Shown here one piece after another: positions 1-10,262 of a DNA stretch of 19,632 nt (within the stretch, counting starts at the first letter, position 1; the number at the start of each line of letters is the position of its first letter). The DNA is from Paraspadella gotoi. Its lineage: Eukaryota > Animalia > Chaetognatha. Made by a program: the position numbers and the translations under genes. The notes beneath the pieces were generated by a model that saw nothing but the letters and a program-made list of their open reading frames with translations, did no database searches and was not told the origin of the DNA. The stretch is taken from contig CM119263.1 of NCBI GenBank assembly GCA_051294375.1, positions 28,951,420 to 28,971,051 on the forward strand. Direction: 5' to 3'.

Positions 1-645
1 AGAGGCTTTACGCTTCGCTTCGGTAACGAATGCTAGGGTAAAGCTAATTACAGTAGTTTAATAGGAAATGGAGCAATATGTGCTTTACTCTTGTAGTTTT
101 TTTTTAACTCTTTACTCTTATCAAACTATGTTTTTTCCTGACTCAGCTCCTTATCTGCTCCACAGTCCACACCTTTTCAAAACCTTCTGCCAAAAAGTCG
201 AAAATAACGATAACGATTTGGCGAATGATCGAGAACATTCGATGCAACAAATGAAAAAAAAAGCAAACATACGAAAAAAACGAAGTATGTATAGGATCAT
301 AAAGATAAGTTTTTATATGTTAAATATTATCATTCTTTTCAGTTAGCTTTCATTATTTATATTAAATCGACGTCAAAACATGAAATTTATTCTGCGATTT
401 ATTACTAAGCAAAACATTCCTGCATTTTTTTTTAAAGATGAGGACAAAAAGAAAATATTTAAATATTTTAACTAGACGAGTTAAAAAAAGCGACTAGACA
501 ACAAATTAAGAATGAGGCCTGATTCTTTGCTGGTCCGTCGCTTTCCTTATCTTAATAAGACAAAACTAAACATAAGATTTGAACCATGAAGACTAACAAT
601 GTCTGTAAACATTGAACACATAACAGTGAACAAACGACCAAAGTG
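1..645 (+). repeat. Diverged, shorter version of ~1868-2556 (and ~10235-10923)
   Basis: Colinear match from agaggcttta..ttcgcttcggtaacg through ctgactcagctccttatc and ctggtccgtcgctttcctta to ttgaacacataacagtgaacaaac. Differences are mostly 1-2 nt indels (645 vs ~689 bp). Confidence 0.93.
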
Positions 646-655
646 NNNNNNNNNN
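646..655. other. Assembly gap, 10 N
   Basis: Run of 10 n. Confidence 0.99.
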
Positions 656-780
656 ATGGGGGTTTAGACTTTAAAGAGGAAGCGAATTTAAACGTTTTGG
701 ACATAGAAGGATTGAAAATCATGAGGAAAAAGCAAAGTTTATTTTCATTTTGTCAGTTGGTCTCTTTTATGGGACCCTGA

Positions 781-1246
781 CCCTCTTTCTCCCTTTCTTT
801 CTCCCTTCTCCTCTTCTCTCTCTTCCCATCTCTCCCTTCCTCTCCCTCTCTTCTCCTCTCTCCCATCTCCCGGTATTACCTTCACCGAATGGGCAAATCC
901 AGATCTTTTTCTTGCGCCACCTGATTCTCTCTCGTTAAGCCTCTCCAAATAAAAGCCTGCTCTTCTCCTCTCTCTATTTTTTTACCCTCTCCTCTTTTCC
1001 CTCTCTCTTATCTCTTTTTTCTGTCTCTTAATCTATCTTCATCTTTCTATCTTATTCTCTTTCTATCATCTCTTCTCTCCCTCTTCTCATCTCTTACCTC
1101 CTTCTTCTTTTCTACTTTCCCTCTCTCCCTTTAACACTCTCACCTCTCCTCCTCTCTCTCCATCTTTCTATCCTCTGCTCTAACTATCCTCTCTCTCCCT
1201 CTATCTCCTCTTTCTATCCCCTCTCTCTCTCTCCCTCTCTCTCTTC
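781..1246 (+). repeat. Degenerate (CT)n / polypyrimidine tract
   Basis: Almost entirely C and T apart from a short interruption at ~871-960. Confidence 0.88.
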
Positions 1247-1600
1247 CCCGTGGAGCGCATCCCTCTCAACGAGATTTGGAATGCGTCCAGGTTTCCGGTG
1301 AGAGTTATTCGTATTCCAGGAAGGCCACTTCTCTTTTCTATTTAGGCCACATCTCTTTTTTTTGGCCTCTTCACTTGTCTATTGTATGAAAAGAATATCA
1401 GTATTCTTTACTTTAATTTTTCGCAAGAGGCTAAAAGAAGTGATTTCCTCTAATTAAAGAAAATAGAAGAGAATAAAAAATAATAAGACGAAATAAATGA
1501 AAAAAAATGCGGAGAAAAAAAAAGAATGAGAGTAAAAAGCAGACAACGATTTTCTCTCCTCCTGTTTGTTTGTTTTTGTCTTTTTTTTTGGAAAGCCTTC

Positions 1601-1731
1601 GAGAGAGAGAGGGAGAGAGATCATTTTGTTTTCAAAATAATCTCTCTCTCTCTTCTCTCCTCTATCTCTCTCTCTCTCTCATCGTCTCTCTCTCTTCGTT
1701 CTCTCTCTCTCTCTCTCCTTCTCTCTTCTCC
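1601..1731 (+). repeat. Short (GA)n followed by a degenerate (CT)n microsatellite
   Basis: gagagagagagggagagaga at 1601-1620 and a ctctct tract at ~1641-1731. Confidence 0.88.
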
Positions 1732-3807
1732 TTAAACAACACTCTTTATGAATCTAGCAGCTCATCAGGTACAAAAGCGGAATTTTTTTTTTTCGAAATT
1801 TTTGCCGCCAAATCGCGAGTGTCGAACGAAACGAGGCTCGAAAATAAAAAGTTTTTTTTTATTGCGAAGAGGCTTTACCTTCGCTTCGGTAACGAAATGC
1901 TAGGTAAAGCTAATTACAAGGTATCAATATGAAAATGAGCAATTAGTGCTTTACTCTTGCAAAGTTTTTTTTTAACTCTTTAACTCTTCATCAAACAATT
2001 TTTTTCTGACTCAGCTCCTTATCTTGCTCTCACAGTCTACACACGCCTTTTCCAAAACCTTTGCTGCAAAAATCCGAAAATAAACGATAACGATTTGCGA
2101 ATGAATCGATCAACATTCGATGCAAAATATGAAAAAAAAAGCAAACATACAAAAAAACGAAGTATTAATAGAATCATAAAGATTAAGTTTTTATAATGTT
2201 AACATATTATCATTGTCTTTTCCAGTTAGCTTTTCATTAATTTATATTAATTCGACGTCAAAACTATAAATTTTATTCGCGTTATTTATTACTAAGCAAA
2301 AACATACCCTTGCATTTTTTTTTAAAGATAAGGACAAAAGAAAATATTTTACAATATTTTAAAAAGACGAGTTAAAAAAAGCGACATAGACGAACCAAAT
2401 AAGAATAGGCCTGAAATTTTTCTGGTCCGTCGCTTTCCTTAACTTAATAAGACAAAAGCCTAAACATAAATTTGAACCATGAAGACTAAAAAATTTGTTT
2501 TCTTGGTAAAAAAAACAAATTGAACACATAACAGTGAACAAACCGACCAACCAGTGTTACTGTTCGAATTCTTATTATTGTGCTCCCTTGGAAATTAAGG
2601 TCTGATATAATTTAATCAAAGTAAATGGCCCGTTTTACCTTCTTTTCAGATATGGATAGAGATTTCATATCAACCTATATCATTAACTAAAATTATAGTA
2701 GCTAATAAACCTAGATCATTATGATAAAATCAAGTTATTGAAACAATGCTTTTTCGAGTACATTACAATATAACTAAATTTTCTAAAATTTTAATGAGCG
2801 GAAATAATATTAAAATATGGAAAGAAATATTCATTAGTCTTCAATTATTCTATCTTATTGGGTTTATTGTGTTGTGGTAAGTAGAAAGGGAGAAGATGTG
2901 AGGAGATGAGAGAAGGAGATCGGTTCCGTACGTAGATTATGATTTCGTTCATAGTATTGCAATATTTATTAATTTGATCGTGATTAATGCTAGGATATGT
3001 CGTAATTCCCGATTTTTTTGCGATTGGTGATAGTATAAGTTCAATGTCTTTGCTGTAATTCCAGAAAATAAAATTAGTGAGAGATGATGAGAGTAGATAG
3101 TATGATGAGAAGATATAGAGAGTATGAGAAATGATAGAGAGATATGATCCGCTCTTCTTCTTTTTCCCGTTCCGAAATAACTTTACTTTCTACCTCCTCT
3201 TGTCTTGATATGACGACGTGATCGACGACGTACGATTCTTTAACGACGTACGAAGGCATCTGATGCGTGCCTTTAATGTCTTTGGTTCACTCAATGAGGT
3301 AATTTGCAATCCGATTTTGGTCATATTTTCTGCTATGTGTTACCTTTTCTCCTCATAATTTCTTCGCACTTGAGTCTTTGGCAATTTCCTAGGATTTCAC
3401 TTCGAGCATTCTCTCCATGTCTTATAGTAGCTATTGTATACAATGGTATTTTCAGTGTTAAATTATTTCAGTTGAAGCATTACTCTTGCTTATTATGATA
3501 GTATTTTTTCCTGATTGTATCTCAAAAATTCTTCTTAGTTTCAATAATTCATTTCTTCGTTTTCTTTATAGTTTTATAGTATGGTATAATTTTAAATGGT
3601 TTTATATTTTTATTGTTGTTTTTATACGTTAATATAATATTAATTAATTATGTTAAATTGTTATTTCAATAGATATTATTTTACTTTTCATATATAGTGT
3701 TGTATTTTATATATCTGTATTCGATACTTTTCGACTGCCGAGTGCGTTGTTAATCCTAAGTGGGAAGGTGTTGCGTTGGCGAAAGTATATTATTTTAGCC
3801 TTTTCAA

Positions 3808-3878
3808 CCTCTCCTCTCTCTCTCTTCTCCTCTTCTTCTCTCCTCTTCTCTCTTCTCTCTCTCTCTCTCTCTCTCTCC
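3808..3878 (+). repeat. (CT)n microsatellite (second copy 12175-12245)
   Basis: Seen directly in the sequence. Confidence 0.9.
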
Positions 3879-3989
3879 CCATCGCGTTTCTATCTTCATC
3901 CCATAGACTTGATTCAAGAACAGAGAGAGAAACAATAAACCAAGACACTTATTTGCATGCAACAGTGGGAGGAAAAACATAAACCAAAT

Positions 3990-4146
3990 TTCGTCGTCGT
4001 CTTCGTCGTCGTCTTCGTTCGGATCGTCTTCGTCGTCCGTTCTTCGTCGTCGTTCTTCGCGTCGTCTCGTCGTCGTCTTCGTCCGTCGTCTTTCGTCGTC
4101 GTCTTCGTCTCGTCGTCCGTCGTCGTCGCGTTGTCGTGTCGTCGGT
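3990..4146 (+). repeat. Degenerate (GTC)n microsatellite (second copy 12357-12513)
   Basis: Reiterated tcgtcgtcgtcttcgtcgtc. Source of the poly-R/T/D/V/S ORFs. Confidence 0.9.
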
Positions 4147-5510
4147 CGAGTAGCACACGAAAAATAAAAGCAACTTCTCTCCAGAAGACGCCTTGAAAAA
4201 ATTTTTAAAAGAAAGAATAAGAAAAATAAAGAAGAAAGAAAAAAAAAGAAAAAAGAAAGAAAGAAATTCTATCTCCCTGTCTCTCAACTTGAAATTCCTC
4301 TGAAACTTTCCTGTAATTAAACATCCCTCCACAGTTTCACATCAATCTACTCACTGCGTCTCACAGATCCAAAAGGTCACCTAACAACTCCTTCTCAACA
4401 AACAGGATCTCTTACCAAATTACCCTACCCCAACCCACCACCGAACGTCTCCCCTTATTTCATTCACACAGAGTAAACCATCTGAACTCACTTGCCTCCC
4501 ACGCTACAACTTACCCTTTCCCTTCTCTTCCACCCTCAATAGAGTTGAAACCACTCAAAACAAAAAATTTATTTGATATATCGAACAATGATATTTAGAT
4601 GCGAGATAGTAAATGATTAACTAGTACAAAAAATATTTCTTCATTATATCTCGGGAACAAAATAGCAAGACTAATATATTTGATAAACCTTATAAAATAT
4701 AAGATTTTAAAAATAATTTATAAAACTTTAATAAAGATTCAATTCCTCATAAAAAGTTGAAAACCAAAAATATAAAACATTTATCAAAATTCTGGTCATC
4801 TTCAATTATATTTATATATATAGTATATATATTATATGTATTAAATATTTTCTTGACCTTTTTACTCCTGTTAATAACTTTATATATTTAAAACATTTTA
4901 GTCATTTTTGTGATCTATAACATTAAAAATCAATAAACATATTTTATAAAATTTTCTTAGTTTTTAACCCGCGAATCCAAATCCCTTCAAAATAAAAAAA
5001 ATATTTTGAAAATTTAACGATTATAATAATACTACCATAATATAATTGGAATTGCGTATAGCTGTTATTTCTAAAAAAATTTTAAAAGATTAAAATTCAT
5101 TTAAATTATATTTCCATAGCCCACAAAAAAATAAATTTCATCAACTCAAATCTTTCATCACTTCCCACCAACCCTCAACCTATCATCTCACTTTAACTTA
5201 CCCTGGCACGAATCATTAGCTTACTTTCTTTTTCACTTAACCATCTTGATCTATCTCTCCGCATCTCTCACACTCCCCTCCATCTTCTCTCACCTTTAAC
5301 TTACCCAAGTTCTCACATTACCCTCGCTCACTTCCGCCCGTCGCCCTCCTTACTCTCGCCTCCCTTCCCTCTTCAGGTCAACGATCGAATTATTTCTGGT
5401 CGTGTTGTCGTTGTGTTGTTGTTATCATTTCCCGTCTGCGAGTCAAACCGGACTCGTTTACCTAAATCGAGACGTCGACAAGTCGACCGTCTACCATCTA
5501 TTCATGTAAG

Positions 5511-5792
5511 GATGAAGACACGACGACAAAGACACGAAACGACAAAGACACGACAAAACGACGACGTACGATAAGACGAACACAAAGACCGACGATGACG
5601 ATAAATAAGGACGACAACGACGACGATAAATAACGAAACGACGAAACGACAACGACGATGGGATAACAACGAGGACATTAAGACAACAACGACACCGAAT
5701 AAATAAAAGACAATACGTCGACGACGATGACCACGACGACGAATGAAGAAAGACGAAGGACGACGACAAAGAAAAACAAAACGACGACCGAC
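5511..5792 (+). repeat. Highly degenerate (GAC)n tract with excess A (second copy 13878-14159)
   Basis: Recurrent acgacgac/acgacaa units separated by A runs. Confidence 0.8.
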
Positions 5793-6136
5793 CGCGGTAT
5801 CAGGGCACAAATACAACGGAATGAAGAGAAATGACAAATAAGTAGGACAACGAAAAAACATTTGGGACAAAAAGGATTGTAGTGAAGGTCAATCACTAAG
5901 CAACAAATATCAAATATAAAACATAGACTGCAAATTAAATAAAACGTGAACATATATTATGATCATAAACCATTTAACATTACCACGATAAAAAAAACTC
6001 CCAGAACACACAACGAACGACGGACCGACCACACGACGACGAAAAGAATAAAAATACTGTGTAACAAAAAAAATGGGCGGAGGAAGAAAGACGTGAGTCG
6101 CTAATGAATTCAAGTATCACATAAACAAGTCGCGGA

Positions 6137-6193
6137 TCGAGAGGCGAGAGAGCAGAGAGAGAGAGAAGAGAGAAGAGAGAGAGAGAGAGAAGA

Positions 6194-6225
<32 letters not shown>

Positions 6226-6333
6226 AGAGCCTCCAGCAAAAGAATATTCATGAAAAGAGGATTCCCGCATTGAGAGAAAAATCGAGAGAGATAGAGAAGA
6301 GAGAAGGGAAAAGAGAATAGAAAGAGAGAGAGC

Positions 6334-6366
<33 letters not shown>
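6137..6366 (+). repeat. Two (GA)n tracts, ~6137-6228 and ~6272-6366 (second copy 14504-14733)
   Basis: Seen directly in the sequence. Source of the poly-LS ORF at 5980-6387. Confidence 0.92.
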
Positions 6367-7050
6367 TTTTCGTCTCGCGTTTAGCATTTGAACGGAAATT
6401 ATGGAAGAGAAAAACTAAAAAAACAACAAAAAGCGATGGTAACTTTTCAGCGCGCGCGCTACACCGGATTATGACAGGCTCTGCTTATGGAAGTAGACTG
6501 ACGTAGCGCCGGAAATGTGGGGGCATTTGATACAAGGTAGTCTGTACGACCTGTCCGCGTCGCACATTCCTAAGCAGTATATCCCCCCACCCACTCCCTC
6601 CCTACAACAACCACCAGGCACAAAATTCCCCTTCGCTCCCGACCCACTGTCCAGGAAATGGCAATTTTTACAGCCTCGTGTCATGGTGCGAATCTGTCCA
6701 TGCCTTCGGTGTAGGGGAATGTTTTGTCTTGTCCATTTCCTCACTGTTATGAAACGTCCGCACTATTTGCGGTCCAGTGTCAGTAAAAACTCTTACTGAT
6801 TTTTCCCGTCTGTTTCGTGTCTTTCGTGTCTTGTTCGGCTGTTCGTTAAGTCCGTCCTCTGTCCCCCTACCCATCACGGAATGAAAGCCGCCCTCCCAGT
6901 CGAAGTGAAAAAAAAAAAGTCTTCACGTGAAACTCACCAATTAAATCTTTTCGCCCCCCCCTGCATTTTGGCAGCTTTTAATTGGCCTTTCGGATCCGCG
7001 GCCAAGAATTCGCCTGAATAATAAAAAAAGGAAAAAATTAATGTATAAAA

Positions 7051-7143
7051 TAATAATAATTAATATAATAATATAATAATAATAATAAATAATATAATAC
7101 AATAATAATAATATATAATAATAATAAACATAATAATAATAAA
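7051..7143 (+). repeat. Degenerate (TAA)n microsatellite (second copy 15418-15510)
   Basis: Reiterated taataataat. Source of the poly-Y/I ORF. Confidence 0.9.
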
Positions 7144-7392
7144 GGAAATAAGATAATATATACAATTGGTTTCTTTCTATTCCTTTCATTAGAATACCTA
7201 ACTTTTCCAATTTTTGTATGTTTTTAAAATCTTAAATTTTTTATCGATCTGCTTTATTCACAGATCCCGACTCTATAACTCACTTTTATAACTTCACTTT
7301 TCGTCCGTCGGTCCCCCCCCAAAATATTGTCGGGCACACACTTATATCATGTCATAAACATCGAATTATATAAATTATGCAAACAAAAATAT

Positions 7393-8400
7393 GTCCGTGC
7401 CGTCCGTCTGTCTGTCTGTCCGTCCTCCGTCCGCCTACACGCCGCCTCCGTGCCGTTCCGTCCGTCCTCCCAGACCTTACAAAAACACCATTTAACCGTG
7501 ATGGATGGGAGGACTTAAATAAATTTTTGTGTCATAGGTAATGTGTGATTGAGCTGGATATTAAGTTTCGATGGAATCGTCCGAGTGGATAATGAGTTTA
7601 AAATTGAAAAAAACAAAAAAAAATATATTCACTATTAACACCACCATTGCTCATGATGGATGGCTGATTGACACCTGGAAATTTGTATTGGGTAGAAAAG
7701 TGTTCTTGATTGAACAAGGAAAATCAATTTCGATAAGATTTTAGTGGAAATGATTTAAAATGGAAAAAAACAAAAAAACCTGTTTTACTAATTGAATTAT
7801 GCTCTTTTTCCTTTATATTAAAATGTATCGCATGGGCTATAATTAAATCAAAATAATTATCATTAATTAATCAATTATAAATAAATTAATCAATAATTAA
7901 TTAATAGTCAATCAATCCTCATTCCCCCATCTTAGCAAAAAGGTCTCCCAATAACTCGTGATTGGCGTTTGGATTGGAATTAAATTTGTGTGTGGTAGAA
8001 GTGTGTGATAAACGCTGGATATAACAAATTCGATGATCGTTATGGAAATTAGTTAAATGAAAAAAACATAATCGAATTTAACTAAATCTTTTCGACTTAT
8101 TTAAACCAAATAAATATCCTATTAATCAAATTGGAGGATAGATTGATTAAATTTTGTGTGGGTAGGAAAACTATGAACGAAGCTTGATATAAATGTTCAG
8201 TGAAACGTACCATGGATAATTGATATTTAAATAAAAAAAATAGTCACATTTACTTGAACTCTTTAATTTATTTAAACCCATTATAGAATTGAGAAATGAA
8301 ATTTTTGGACCCTGGTAGAAAGTGAGTGAAGAAACTAGATATAAAGTTTGACGGAATGCAAGTTGAAAAAATTATGAAGTTGAAAAAAAAATGAATGCAA
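7393..8400 (+). mobile_element. Candidate non-autonomous Helentron/DINE-1-like element remnant: GTCY microsatellite plus internal ~150-165-bp tandem repeats
   Basis: (GTCC/GTCT)n at 7393-7467 is followed by five related units with the core aaattt..gtg..ggtag..gat..gatat..A-run at 7521, 7679, 7982, 8149 and 8299. The family call rests on architecture only; termini were not resolved. Confidence 0.5.
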
Positions 8401-8847
8401 GTTTAAAAAATTCTTAAAAGCATAAGATCGTCGCTATTGCATAAAAGAACGAGAGAGAATGAGAGAAAGAGAGAGTAAAAGAGGAGAGAGTGAGAGAGAA
8501 AGAAGAAGAGACCGATAAAATAAAAATCTTAAAAAACTAAGATCAGAGCCAAGCCCCTATCATAGAAAATTAATGAAAAAAACCGGGAAAAAAACGAATG
8601 AATCATCGATAAACGAATTGTTATGTACTAAGTAATTGATTGAGGAATACTAATTGATTGATGCATATAATTAATTGATGTAAAGAATTGATTATTGATC
8701 GATGAATAATCAATTATTGATGCGATCGATATTCATTCACTGCTGTATGATAGTCATTCAGTGAGCCGATGATTCCAATCATATGATTCGAGAATTTCAT
8801 TCATTGATGCAATGATAGTCATAAACAAACAAAATGCTGTAAGTGCA

Positions 8848-9195
8848 AGAGAGAGAGAGAGAGAGAGAGAGAAATAAAAGAGACAGAAACAGAAAGAGAG
8901 AAAGAGAAAGAGAAGAATAGAGAGAGAGAGAGAAAGAAAAGAAAAATCCACGAAAATCTCAGATGAAAAGATGGATTTTGTATTAAAAAATACCGCGGAA
9001 TAACATAAATGGCAATAATAAAAATTTTTAGAAGAAAAATAATCAGAATTTTCAAAAAAAACAAACCGATCACCAAAAGAATCGTAACCAGATAGGGACA
9101 ACACACACAGAGAGACAAAGAGACAGAAAAGAGAGAGAAAATAGATAGAGAGAGAGATACAGCCGCTCAGAGAAAAAGAGAAAGATAAGAGAGAC
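8848..9195 (+). repeat. GA-rich microsatellite tracts, ~8848-8945 and ~9106-9195 (second copy 17215-17562)
   Basis: Seen directly in the sequence. Source of the F/L/S-rich minus-strand ORFs. Confidence 0.85.
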
Positions 9196-10055
9196 ATAAT
9201 ATAATAATAATAACTTAAACAGAAGAGAGAGAGGAGCTCTACAGCCCCTTTACTCGTTAAAGATCATCATACTTAGCCGCGAACGTAGCGAAGCATTATC
9301 TACCAAAGACCCGGTTCGCGCCTTTCGCATGGCATCCGGGTTTTTTTACATTAGTGAACCCACATTATCTAAAAAAAATTTGTAAAAAAAAAAAATAGAA
9401 GAGAGAGAAGGAGAGAGAGAGAGAAACGAAGCCTGGAAACAGACCCTGCAGAGCCGGACCTTACTCGTTAAAAAAACAGCTGACGGAAGAAAAAGATAGA
9501 AATACGACATAAAAAAAACGTTTTTGGTTTGTCAATCAAAACATGAAACAAATACCAATGTATTTGATATTGAAACACATGAAATTTAAAACTTGATGAT
9601 AGAACCATAATATAAAATTCAACTCCCTAATGATATCACTAACTTTCAAATCCATATTGCAAAAAAGCGAGGACCGAGAAAGCTAAACCGAAAAAAAATC
9701 TAACTAGACGGCTTGCCCGCCCTGCTCGATAAAGAGGAATTTGTTTTTTGGATAAAATTAAAACAAAACATTTAATAACCTTCCTGACTCATTTAAGGAC
9801 ATCGATAGACAACTGAATATAAATATAATTAATCTATTAATAATTTAAATCTATTAAATTTATTAATCTATTAATTAAATAATTAATTAATTCAAATAAT
9901 TAATTAATTATCGTAGCCAGACCGACATTGTTTCATCAATACTTGTTATTGTTAAAATGTTTTTGGCTTCGGCGAATGGGGGGAAAATCTATATTCTAAA
10001 TCTGAGTTTTTCAATTTTTTCATTTCTTCAGCATTTTATGAAAATTTTAGGTTTC

Positions 10056-10080
10056 NNNNNNNNNNNNNNNNNNNNNNNNN
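10056..10080. other. Assembly gap, 25 N
   Basis: Run of exactly 25 n ending repeat copy 1. Confidence 0.99.
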
Positions 10081-10115
<35 letters not shown>

Positions 10116-10262
10116 AACAACACCTTATGAATCAGAGCTCATCAGGTACAAAGCGGATTTCTTTTTTTTCGAATTTTGCCGCCAAACGCGAGTTCGAGAA
10201 CGAGGCTCGAAAATAAAAGTTTTTTTTTATTGCGAGAGGCTTTACGCTTCGCTTCGGTAACG
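10081..10262 (+). repeat. Short cleaner version of ~1700-1895, starting with a perfect (CT)17
   Basis: taaacaacaccttatgaatcagagctcatcaggtacaaagcgg aligns to taaacaacactctttatgaatctagcagctcatcaggtacaaaagcgg at ~1733, which carries extra bases. Confidence 0.9.

Larger units (their letters stand above)
1896..10055 (+). repeat. Copy 1 of an 8,160-bp apparently identical direct repeat (probable assembly artefact)
   Basis: Every ORF listed between 2359 and 9197 recurs with an identical translation at +8,367. Identity starts at 1896/10263 (aatgctaggtaaagc) and ends at ...attttaggtttc (10055/18422), directly before a 25-N gap. Not every base was compared by eye. Confidence 0.96.

Noticed and set aside
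5196-5208. acttaccctggca resembling the 5' end of U1 snRNA
   Set aside because: The downstream sequence shows none of the U1 stem-loops or an Sm site. The match is expected from any antisense splice-donor-like word.
3808-6366. Mirror arrangement (CT)n-(GTC)n ... (GAC)n-(GA)n suggesting a large foldback or a missed-adapter chimeric read
   Set aside because: The reverse complement of ~6000-6140 shares only short words (atc(c)gcg, acttga(a)ttca) with ~3880-3990. The rest and the outer flanks do not align, and I saw no convincing adapter sequence between them.
7500-8400. Repeat units as a CRISPR-like repeat-spacer array
   Set aside because: Units are ~150-165 bp, diverged along their whole length, lack an invariant 25-45-bp repeat, and have no cas genes nearby.
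9305-9347. Hairpin plus T7 as a bacterial rho-independent terminator
   Set aside because: There is no upstream gene and the context is eukaryotic repeat DNA. It is kept only as a possible Helitron-type hairpin.
9701-9730. Minus-strand gagcagggcgggcaagccgtctagtt as a Helitron 3' end
   Set aside because: CTAGT follows a GC-rich patch, but only a 3-bp stem can be drawn and no 5' end is identifiable, which is too weak in error-rich sequence.
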